64,000 nucleotides of DNA from an uncultured Spirochaetales bacterium (GTDB lineage: Bacteria > Myxococcota_A > UBA9160 > JAFDET01): assembly GCA_964442285.1 (NCBI GenBank), contig CAYTZH010000001.1:224118-288117 (forward strand), in the 5' to 3' direction. Positions 47,405-55,079 of this stretch are shown one piece after another. Numbering within the stretch: the stretch's first letter is position 1; the number at the start of each line of letters is the position of its first letter. Under the pieces are notes generated by a model that saw nothing but the letters and a program-made list of their open reading frames with translations, was not told the origin of the DNA and did no database searches. The translations under genes and the position numbers were made by a program.

Positions 47405-47763
47405 TGAGCGATCGCGGCCGCCACGACGACGACGAGCGCTGGCTGGAGCGCGTGCGCGAGGTCTACCGGCCCGAGCCGCTCACCCCCGCGCGGCGCGCCG
47501 CCCTCGACCGGTCCCTGGAGGAGCGGATCCGCCGGCCGCGCTGGAGCGGCGCCTGGCGGCCCGCCTTCGGGGCCCTGGCGGCTGGGCTCGCGGCCCTCGC
47601 ACTCCTCCTGGCGCTGCCGACGTCCCAGACTCCGGAGCGTGTGTACGCGGAGGCCGCCTGGGAGTGGGAGGTCTTCTATCCGGAGGAGCTCGGCGAGGCC
47701 GGGGTCGACGACGCCCTGCCCGGCGAGTACGGCGTGCTCGCGAGCCTCTTCCTAGACGAGTAA
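47401..47763 (+). CDS. putative anti-sigma factor (single-pass membrane protein)
   Basis: 120 aa. The start overlaps the sigma gene stop (GTGATG). There is one TM helix (FGALAAGLAALALLLAL). The function is assigned by position only. Confidence 0.55.
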   Translation: MMSDRGRHDDDERWLERVREVYRPEPLTPARRAALDRSLEERIRRPRWSGAWRPAFGALAAGLAALALLLALPTSQTPERVYAEAAWEWEVFYPEELGEAGVDDALPGEYGVLASLFLDE

Positions 47764-47833
47764 CCGGCCCGGGCGCCGCGGGCGTCGAAAGGTCGGAGCG
47801 ACTCCTTCCACCCCGCTTCCTGGAGGCAGCACG

Positions 47834-48469
47834 ATGAACCGGATCCTTCCCTCCCGCGCACTGCTCGCGGTCCTTCTCGCCTTCGCCCTGCTCGGCGCCG
47901 GCCTGGTGAACTCTGCCGAAGCCCGTCCGCGCGGCGGCGGTCCGCGGCCCGAGGCCTTCCTGGATCGCCACGCCGACGAGCTGGGCCTGGACGACGAGAC
48001 CCGCGCCGCCATCGAGGCGATCGTGGAGGCGGCCCGTCCCGAGGGCGAGGCGCTTCGCGCCGAGCTGCACGCGGCGCGTCTGGCCATGCGCGCGCTCCTC
48101 GACCAGGACGCTCCCGACGAGGACGAGGTGATGGCCCAGGCCGAGCGCATCGGGCAGGTCGAGATCGCGCGCAGTCAGCACCGTCTGAAGACCCTGCTGG
48201 CGATCCGCGCCAAGCTCAGCCCGGAGCAGCGGGCCCAGCTCTCCCAGATGCACGAGGAGCGCCGTGCCCGGCGCATGGGTCGTATGCTCGAGGCCTGCGG
48301 CGAGGACGCCGCGCGGCTGTGCCCGGACGTGCCCCTGGGGCCGCCGCTCTTCGGCTGCCTGCACGGACATCGCGACGAGCTCTCGCAGACCTGCTCGGAC
48401 AAGCTGCGCCGCAAGGGCCGCCGCCAGCGGGGCCCCGGGCCCCACGGCGGCCCGCCCTCCGGGCGCTAG
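47834..48469 (+). CDS. periplasmic Spy/CpxP-like (LTXXQ-type) protein with C-terminal Cys-rich repeat
   Basis: 211 aa with a signal peptide. The body is helical with an LSPEQRAQL motif. The C-terminus reads CGEDAARLCPDV...GCLHGHRDELSQTCSDKL. Confidence 0.65.
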   Translation: MNRILPSRALLAVLLAFALLGAGLVNSAEARPRGGGPRPEAFLDRHADELGLDDETRAAIEAIVEAARPEGEALRAELHAARLAMRALLDQDAPDEDEVMAQAERIGQVEIARSQHRLKTLLAIRAKLSPEQRAQLSQMHEERRARRMGRMLEACGEDAARLCPDVPLGPPLFGCLHGHRDELSQTCSDKLRRKGRRQRGPGPHGGPPSGR

Positions 48470-49005
48470 CGCTTCGGGACGTCGCGCTCCAGCACGGTCT
48501 TGCGGCCGTCGCTGCGGGCGTTGGAGATGGCCCGGTCGGCGACCTCGCGGACGATGTCCGAGAGCGACTCGAGCACCTTGTCGCTCACGTTCATCCCCGC
48601 CGAGGCGCGGATGTACTCCTTGAGCCGGCTGGCCACGATGAGCACCTCGCGCTTCGGCGCCCGCCCGCCGCTCGGCGGCGCGGGCGTCGTCGCGCCGGCG
48701 CCCGCCGGGCGCGAGCCCACCAGGATGCGACGCGGCTTGCGCGCCTCGCCGGAGGCGGGCGCCGACGCCGGCGTCGCCGGCTCGGGCGTGCGCGGCGCGG
48801 TGCGCTCCGAGGCCCAGGCGTCCCGGTGGCGGGCCACCGGAAGGTGCACCTCCCAGCAGCTCACGCTGCAGAACTGCAGCCCGGTGCGCTTCTGGTTGCA
48901 GGTGGAGACGCTGCAGACGTAGTAGGTCGCCCCGAGGCCGATGGGCTCCTTGCACGCGCTGCACTTCTTCCAGCCCGCACTCGCGGCAGCCGTCTGGTCG
49001 GCCAT
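48466..49005 (-). CDS. zinc-ribbon + histone-fold (DUF1931-like) fusion protein
   Basis: 179 aa. The N-terminal Cys cluster is CSAC...C..STC...CSVSCWEVH. A Pro/Ala/Arg-rich linker follows. The C-terminal approximately 60 aa (VLIVASRLKEYIRASAGMNVSDKVLESLSDIVREVADRAISNARSDGRKTVLERDV) resemble DUF1931/histone-fold proteins. Confidence 0.7.
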   Translation of the reverse strand: MADQTAAASAGWKKCSACKEPIGLGATYYVCSVSTCNQKRTGLQFCSVSCWEVHLPVARHRDAWASERTAPRTPEPATPASAPASGEARKPRRILVGSRPAGAGATTPAPPSGGRAPKREVLIVASRLKEYIRASAGMNVSDKVLESLSDIVREVADRAISNARSDGRKTVLERDVPKR

Positions 49006-49077
49006 GGGCTCACCTCCCGCCGGCCGCGCAGCATAGCCGATCGGTCCCGGTTGGCGGTGGCGAGGGGGAGGCGTTCT

Positions 49078-49515
49078 TCAGACGCGCACCCAGCGGGGAA
49101 GCACGACTTCGCCGCTGATCCGATCGAAGACCACCCGCACCGGCACGCCGATCTCGACGGCGGCGGGGTCGACGGAGACGAGATCGCTGCCGCCCTCTTC
49201 GACCAGGTTGCCGATCAGGCGCACGTTCGGATCCTCGTCGAGGGCCACGGCGATCACGTTGTAGGGCGCGCGCTCCGCGTACCACGGGAGCAGGGGCGGG
49301 TGGGGCACCACGTAGGACCAGATCGTCCCACGGCCGGAGACGGTCGTCCAGCGCGGCTCGGCGCCCGGCGCCCAGGGCGAGAGCGCCCGGGGCGGGAAGA
49401 TCAGGCGCTCGGTGACCGGGCACTGCTGCACCCGCAGCGCGCCGGCGCGGGTGCCCTCCCAGAAGGGCGCCGACTCCGGGTCGTCGGTGGGCGGCAGCAG
49501 CGGCTCGTTCGTCAT
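49078..49515 (-). CDS. DUF35 OB-fold/zinc-ribbon protein (thiolase partner)
   Basis: 145 aa. The sequence APFWEGTRAGALRVQQCP...G.G.IWSYVV...YNVIAVALDE is typical of the DUF35 layout. Confidence 0.85.
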   Translation of the reverse strand: MTNEPLLPPTDDPESAPFWEGTRAGALRVQQCPVTERLIFPPRALSPWAPGAEPRWTTVSGRGTIWSYVVPHPPLLPWYAERAPYNVIAVALDEDPNVRLIGNLVEEGGSDLVSVDPAAVEIGVPVRVVFDRISGEVVLPRWVRV

Positions 49516-49519
49516 CGGC

Positions 49520-50662
49520 TCATCTCCGCAGCAGCAGGGCGCTGGTGGGGACGCCCTCCCCGCCGGTCACCAGGCAGCTCTCGGCGTCCGACACCTGGCT
49601 GGTGCTGGTGCCGCGCATCTGGCGCACGCCCTCGACGATCAGGTTGAAGCCGTGGACGTAGGCCTCCGAGAGCCCGCCGCCGGACGTGTTGACGGGGAGG
49701 CGACCCCCCAGCTCGAGGGCGCCATCCTCGCTGAACGCCGCTCCCTCGCCGCGCTCGCAGAAACCGTAGCCCTCCAGCGAGAGGGGGATGAGCGGCGAGA
49801 AGGCGTCGTAGAGCTGGGCCACCGGGACGTCCTCCGGTCGGATGTCGGAGTGGCGGTAGAGCTGGTCGGCACAGGTCCAGGCCGGGCCGCGCAGGGGATC
49901 GTCGCACCAGTAGTTGACCATGGTGTGGTGCTGGCTCGGCAGGCCCTGGCCGAAGGCGTGCACCCAGGCCGGCGGCTGGCGGCAGTCGCGGGCGCGGTCG
50001 GCCGCGACCAGGACGCAGGCCAGCGCGCCGTCGGTCTCGAGGCAGTTGTCGAAGAGGCAGAGCGGCTCGGAGATCCAGCGGGCGGCCAGGTACGCCTCTC
50101 GGGTGAGGGGCTTGGCGTGCATCATGGCGTGGGGGTTGCGGTTGGCCATGTTCCGTACCGCCACGGCCACGTTGGCGAGGTGCTCCCGGGTGGCGCCGTA
50201 CTCGTGCATGTAGCGGCGGGTGAGCAGGGCGATCTCGTCCACCGGCCGCAGCAGGCCGAAGGGGCGGGTGAACAGCGCCGAGGGCGTGGCCGCCGGGCGC
50301 CCGGAGGCCCAGGGTCGGCCGCCGGAGCCGCGCTTGCGGGAGCGCCAGGCCACCCCGACCCGACACTGCTCCGTGGCGATGGCCATGGCCAGGTGGCCCA
50401 CGGTGGCGGGCCCGGCGCCGCCGCCGTAGCCGATCTGGCTGAAGAAGGTGACGTCGCCCAGGCCGACGTTCCTGGCCACCTCGACCTCGTCGGAGGTCTC
50501 GAGGGTGTAGGAGGCGAGGCCGTCCACCTCGGCCGGCGCGATGCCCGCGTCGTCGAGGGCCGCCAGGATGGCCCGGCAGGCGAGCACCTTCTCCGAGGGC
50601 TCGAGCTTCTTGGCGAAGGCGGTCTGCCCGATCCCGACGATGGCGGCGCGGTCCTTGAGCAT
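49520..50662 (-). CDS. thiolase-fold lipid-transfer (SCP2-type) protein
   Basis: 380 aa with AAIVGIGQTAF and a C-terminal NTSGGGLSEAYVHG. Confidence 0.9.
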   Translation of the reverse strand: MLKDRAAIVGIGQTAFAKKLEPSEKVLACRAILAALDDAGIAPAEVDGLASYTLETSDEVEVARNVGLGDVTFFSQIGYGGGAGPATVGHLAMAIATEQCRVGVAWRSRKRGSGGRPWASGRPAATPSALFTRPFGLLRPVDEIALLTRRYMHEYGATREHLANVAVAVRNMANRNPHAMMHAKPLTREAYLAARWISEPLCLFDNCLETDGALACVLVAADRARDCRQPPAWVHAFGQGLPSQHHTMVNYWCDDPLRGPAWTCADQLYRHSDIRPEDVPVAQLYDAFSPLIPLSLEGYGFCERGEGAAFSEDGALELGGRLPVNTSGGGLSEAYVHGFNLIVEGVRQMRGTSTSQVSDAESCLVTGGEGVPTSALLLRR

Positions 50663-50672
50663 CGCCGCCTCC

Positions 50673-53600
50673 TCAGCCCGCCGCGGCGGCGCGGAACGCC
50701 TCCAGGAGCTCGGTCCGGCGGGGCGCCAGGCGTTCCAGGTGCTGCTCCTTCACCAGGTCGTAGCCGCGGATCTGCTCCGGGAGGCTCGCGATCTCCACCG
50801 CCAGGGCGTGGTTCTCCGCGTCCAGGCCCCGGCCGAGCTCCTCGAGGGTGGCCTCGTACTCGGCCAGCAGGCGGCGCTCGAGGCGGCGGTGCGGGTGGTA
50901 GCCGAAGACGTCGAAGGGGGTGCCGCGCAGGAACCGGAAGCGGGCCAGCAGCCGGAGCACGCCGAAGCTCCAGCCGCCCAGGTCCATCTTGCGGGTGCGG
51001 CCGCTGGCGGCGTCGCGTCGATCGACGATCCAGTCGACCACCGGGAACGAGGGCGGCGCCAGATGCAGCACCAGGCGATAGTCGCCCTCGAACTGCGCCT
51101 CGAGCTGTCGCTGCAGGCTCCCGTCGGTCCAGAGCCGCGCCACCTCGTACTCGTCCTTGTACGCCATGAGCTTGAAGGCGTAGCGGGCCACGGCCCGGGC
51201 CAGCTCGTCGGAGCCGGGGACGGCGGCCTGCTCCCGCTCGGCCACCTTCGCCACGAGGACGCGGTAGCGCCGGGCGTAGGCGCCGTTCTGGTAGTCCGCG
51301 AGGAACGCGGCCCGACGCTCCACCAGCGCGTCGAGGGTCTCGGACTCCGGAGCGGGCGCCTCGCTGCGGGCCGCGCGCCCGGCGGCGCGCGCCACGGCCG
51401 CGAAGTCGTGGGCGGCGAGCCGTCCCCAGGCCAGCGCCCGCTTGTTGGCCTCCACCGCCCGCTCGTTGAGCTCGATGGCGCGTTCCAGGGCGCCGAGCCC
51501 CACCGGCAGGCGGCCCAGCTGGAGGGCGTAGCCCAGCAGGAACGGATTGGTGTAGAGGCCGTCGCCCAGGAGCGCGGTGGCCAGGCCCGTGGCGTCCACG
51601 AAGCGGGCGTCGCCGGTGGCCTTGCGGATGCGGTCCTCCATGGCCGCCGAGCCCAGGTCCAGGTCGGGGTTGCTGGCGAAGTCGGCGGTGGGGGCCACGT
51701 GGTCGTTCACCAGGGCCAGGGTGCGGTCGCGCGCCATGGTGGCCATGGCCTCCATGCCGGAGGCGACGACCACGTCGCAGCCGAGCACCAGGTCGGCGGT
51801 GCCGGCCGCGATGCGGGTGGCGTGGAGCGCCTCGGGGCGCTCGGCGACGCGCACGTGGGCGGTGACGGCGCCGTTCTTCTGGGAGAGGCCGGTGACGTCG
51901 AGGACCGAGCAGCCCTTGCCCTCCAGGTGGGCGGCCATGCCCAGCAGGGCGCCGAGGGTCACCACGCCCGTGCCGCCGATGCCGGCCACGAGCACGTTGC
52001 AGGGACGCGAGAGGTCGGGGGGCTCCGGGAGCGGGAGGTCCGCGGCGGGATCCGCGAGCCCCGCGTCCGTGCCCTCGGGATGGGCCTGCCGCAGCCGGCC
52101 GCCGATCACCGAAACGAAGCTCGGACAGTGGCCCTTCACGCACGAGAAGTCCTTGTTGCAGGAGCTCTGGTTGATGCGCCGCTTGCGGCCGAACTCCGTC
52201 TCGACCGGCTCGATGCTGATGCAGTTGGACTGCACGCTGCAGTCGCCGCAGCCCTCGCAGACGAGCTCGTGGATGACGACGCGCCGATCCGGGTCCGGCA
52301 GCTCGCCGCGCTTGCGCAGCCGCCGCGCCTCGGCAGCGCAGGTCTGGTCGTAGACGATGGCCGTGACGCCCGGGATCTGGCGCAGCTCCTTCTGGACGGC
52401 GTCGAGCTCGTCCCGGCCGTGGAAGCTGACCCGCGCGGGGAAGCGGGCGTCGTCGGGGTACTTCGACGGGTCGTCCGCCACGACCGCGATGCGCTTCACG
52501 CCCTCGGCGTCGAGCTGGCGGGCGATCTCCGGCACCGTCACCTCGCCCGCCAGGCTCTCGCCCTCGATGCGCTGGCCGCCGGTCATGGCCACGGCGCCGT
52601 TGGCCAGCACCTTGTAGGTGAGGTTCACGCCCGCCGTGACCGCGGCCCGGATCGCCAGCAGGCCGGAGTGGAAGTAGGTGCCGTCGCCGATGTTCTGGAA
52701 GAGGTGGGGCGTCTCCGTGAAGGGCGCGGCGCCCACCCAGTTGGCGCCCTCGCCGCCCATCTGGGTGACGGCCAGGGTGGGGCGGTCGGGCATCCACACC
52801 GCCATGCCGTGGCAGCCGATGCCGCCCAGGGCCAGGCTGCCTTCGGGCAGCACCGTGGAGGTATTGTGGGGGCAGCCCGAGCAGAAGCTCGGCAGGCGCA
52901 TCAGCGCGGGGGGCTGCACCGCCGCCGACGCCGCCGCGCGCGGCGCGCGGAACCCCGGGACCCGGCACTCGAGCCAATCCCGCAGCACCTGGGCCACCAG
53001 GCCCGGGGCCAGCTCGCCCTCGGACGGGACCAGCGGCGCGCCCTCGGCGTCGCGCTTGCCCAGCAGCCGCGGTCGGCGCTCCAGGTTGTAGAGCAGGCGG
53101 GCGAGCTGGTCCTCGACGATGGGCCGCTTCTCCTCCACGACCAGCAGGTCTTCCAGGCCCTCGGCGAAGCGCCGCGCCGCCGTCGGCTCGAGCGGCCAGG
53201 TGAGGGCGACCTTGTAGACCGACAGGCCGATCTCGGCCGCCCGCGCCTCGTCGATCCCGAGCGCGTCGAGGGCCTGTCGCACGTCGAGGTAGGCCTTGCC
53301 GGTGGTGACGATGCCCAGGCGGCGCCGGGGTGCGTCGACCACCACGCGATCCAGGCCGTTGGCGCGCACGTAGGCCTGGACCGCTGGCAGGCGCTGCTGG
53401 AACAGGCGCGCCTCGACCTGCAGCGGGATGTTGGTCCAGCCGATGCCCAGGCCGGCCTCGGGCAGCGCGTGGTCCTCCGGGTGTCGGATCCGGACCCGCT
53501 CCGGGCTCACGTCGACCGATCCGCCGCTGTCCACGGTGTCGGTCAGGCACTTCATGGCCACCCAGCAGCCGGAGTAGCGGGAGAGGGCGAAGCCGTGCAG

Positions 53601-54167
53601 CCCCAGGTCCAGGTAGTCCTGCACGCTGGCGGGATTGAGGATCGGGATGCCGCAGTGGATCAGGGCCGGCTCGCTCTGGTGGGCGATGGAGGACGACTTG
53701 GCGCCCGGGTCGTCGCCCGCCAGCACCAGCACGCCGCCGGTGGCGGCGGCCCCGGCGTAGTTGCCGTGCTTGAGAGCGTCGCAGGAGCGGTCCACGCCGG
53801 GCCCCTTGCCGTACCAGATGCCAAACACGCCATCGTGTCGCGGATTCGGGTAGAGGCCGGCCTGCTGGGAGCCCCACACGGCCGTGGCCGCCAGATCCTC
53901 GTTCACCCCGGGCTCGAAGCGGACCCGGTGCTCGGCCAGCAGGTCCTGGGCCTGCCACAGGGCCATGTCGTAGGTGCCCAGGGGCGAGCCGCGGTAGCCC
54001 GAGACGAAGCCCGCGGTGTCGAGGCCGGCGGCGTCGTCGCGCTGGCGCTGCAGCATGGGCAGCCGCACCAGGGCCTGCACGCCGGTGAGGTACACCCGCC
54101 CCGAGGTCCGCGTGTAGCGATCCTCCAGCCGGTACTCGCGGTCGAAGTCGGCGGACGCTCGGCTCAC
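50673..54167 (-). CDS. indolepyruvate ferredoxin oxidoreductase (IOR) family protein, fused alpha-beta
   Basis: 1164 aa from GTG 54167, with AGGGAG 6 nt upstream. The N-terminus is YLTGVQALVRLPMLQRQRDDAAGLDTAGFVSGYRGSPLG. The TPP region has GCHGM and GDGTYFHSG. A Cys-rich ferredoxin-like segment reads CEGCGDCSVQSNC. The C-terminal gamma-like domain has VAGIGGTGVVT. Confidence 0.9.
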   Translation of the reverse strand: MSRASADFDREYRLEDRYTRTSGRVYLTGVQALVRLPMLQRQRDDAAGLDTAGFVSGYRGSPLGTYDMALWQAQDLLAEHRVRFEPGVNEDLAATAVWGSQQAGLYPNPRHDGVFGIWYGKGPGVDRSCDALKHGNYAGAAATGGVLVLAGDDPGAKSSSIAHQSEPALIHCGIPILNPASVQDYLDLGLHGFALSRYSGCWVAMKCLTDTVDSGGSVDVSPERVRIRHPEDHALPEAGLGIGWTNIPLQVEARLFQQRLPAVQAYVRANGLDRVVVDAPRRRLGIVTTGKAYLDVRQALDALGIDEARAAEIGLSVYKVALTWPLEPTAARRFAEGLEDLLVVEEKRPIVEDQLARLLYNLERRPRLLGKRDAEGAPLVPSEGELAPGLVAQVLRDWLECRVPGFRAPRAAASAAVQPPALMRLPSFCSGCPHNTSTVLPEGSLALGGIGCHGMAVWMPDRPTLAVTQMGGEGANWVGAAPFTETPHLFQNIGDGTYFHSGLLAIRAAVTAGVNLTYKVLANGAVAMTGGQRIEGESLAGEVTVPEIARQLDAEGVKRIAVVADDPSKYPDDARFPARVSFHGRDELDAVQKELRQIPGVTAIVYDQTCAAEARRLRKRGELPDPDRRVVIHELVCEGCGDCSVQSNCISIEPVETEFGRKRRINQSSCNKDFSCVKGHCPSFVSVIGGRLRQAHPEGTDAGLADPAADLPLPEPPDLSRPCNVLVAGIGGTGVVTLGALLGMAAHLEGKGCSVLDVTGLSQKNGAVTAHVRVAERPEALHATRIAAGTADLVLGCDVVVASGMEAMATMARDRTLALVNDHVAPTADFASNPDLDLGSAAMEDRIRKATGDARFVDATGLATALLGDGLYTNPFLLGYALQLGRLPVGLGALERAIELNERAVEANKRALAWGRLAAHDFAAVARAAGRAARSEAPAPESETLDALVERRAAFLADYQNGAYARRYRVLVAKVAEREQAAVPGSDELARAVARYAFKLMAYKDEYEVARLWTDGSLQRQLEAQFEGDYRLVLHLAPPSFPVVDWIVDRRDAASGRTRKMDLGGWSFGVLRLLARFRFLRGTPFDVFGYHPHRRLERRLLAEYEATLEELGRGLDAENHALAVEIASLPEQIRGYDLVKEQHLERLAPRRTELLEAFRAAAAG

Positions 54168-54190
54168 GCGGGGCTCCCTGCGGACGCGGG

Positions 54191-54206
54191 ATAGAACGTG
54201 TTCTAT
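54191..54206. promoter_or_regulatory. perfect 7+7 inverted repeat ATAGAAC-GT-GTTCTAT (KstR-type TnnAACnnGTTnnA operator)
   Basis: Read directly from the sequence. It lies in the 78-bp divergent gap between the IOR-family gene (start 54167, -) and the LLM gene (start 54246, +). Confidence 0.55.
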
Positions 54207-54245
54207 CGTACCCCAGCCGCAGCCTGCGGGCGAGGAGCGCGCGCC

Positions 54246-55079
54246 GTGCACGTCGGAGTCACCATCCACGCCACCGACCTGGCCATGAGCCCGGTGGAGC
54301 TCGCGCGCGAGGCGGAGGCCCGCGGCTTCCACTCCCTGTTCATCCCCGAGCATACGCACATTCCCACGAGTCGGCGCACGCCGCCGCCCACGGGCGAGCC
54401 CGAGCTGGCCGAGGAGTACCGCCGCAGCCCGGACCCGTTCGTCGCCCTGGGCGCCGCCGCGTCGGTGACCTCGCGCATCCGTCTCGGCACGGGGGTGGCG
54501 CTGCCCGCGCAGCACGACCCGATCGTGCTGGCGAAGCAGGTCGCCACCCTCGACTGGCTCTCGGGCGGCCGCTTCGAGTTCGGCATCGGCTACGGCTGGA
54601 ACCGGGAGGAGATGGAGAACCACGGCGTGGATCCGAAGCGCCGGCGCGCGCGCGTGCGCGAGACCCTGCTGGCCATGCAGGCCCTGTGGAGCCAGGAGGA
54701 GGCCGCCTTCCACGGCGAGCTGATCGACGTCGCCCCGAGCTGGCAGTGGCCGAAGCCCGTGCAGCAGCCGCGTCCCCCGGTGCTGATCGGCGGCGGGGCC
54801 GGCCCCACGCTCTTCGACCACGTCGCCGAGTTCGCGGACGGCTGGCTGCCCATCGGCGGGGGTGGCGTACGCGAGGCGCTCCCCTCCCTACGGCGCGCCC
54901 TGGAGGCGCGCGGTCGCGACCCGGGGGCCCTGCGCATCGTGCCCATGGGCGTGCTGCCCAGCGACGAGAAGCTCGACTACTACCGCGGGATCGGTGCCAG
55001 CGAGGTGGTGCTGCGGCTGCCCTCGGCGCCGCGGGACCGGGTGATGCCCGTTCTCGACGACTTCGCCCGCTACCTGTGA
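54246..55079 (+). CDS. LLM-class F420-dependent-type oxidoreductase
   Basis: 277 aa from the in-frame GTG 54246 (VHVGVTIHATD); the longer GTG 54198 start would lie inside the palindrome. Motifs seen: FHSLFIPEHTH, SGGRFEFGIGYGWNREE, PPVLIGGGAG. Confidence 0.8.
   Translation: MHVGVTIHATDLAMSPVELAREAEARGFHSLFIPEHTHIPTSRRTPPPTGEPELAEEYRRSPDPFVALGAAASVTSRIRLGTGVALPAQHDPIVLAKQVATLDWLSGGRFEFGIGYGWNREEMENHGVDPKRRRARVRETLLAMQALWSQEEAAFHGELIDVAPSWQWPKPVQQPRPPVLIGGGAGPTLFDHVAEFADGWLPIGGGGVREALPSLRRALEARGRDPGALRIVPMGVLPSDEKLDYYRGIGASEVVLRLPSAPRDRVMPVLDDFARYL

Noticed and set aside
48466-48469. Overlapping stop codons of convergent genes within a CTAG
   Set aside because: It is real but a trivial consequence of the palindromic TAG/CTA. 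No functional inference is warranted.
50122-54194. 1278-aa minus-strand and 1217-aa plus-strand ORFs overlapping the IOR-family gene
   Set aside because: These are alternative or antisense frames of a gene with clear IOR motifs. The translations are Arg/Pro/Gly-rich with no motifs. They are high-GC artefacts.
54191-54206. LexA/Cheo-type SOS box (GAAC...GTTC)
   Set aside because: The Cheo box has GAAC-N4-GTTC. Here the spacing is N2, and the flanking genes are metabolic, not DNA-repair. The KstR-type TnnAACnnGTTnnA pattern fits exactly.
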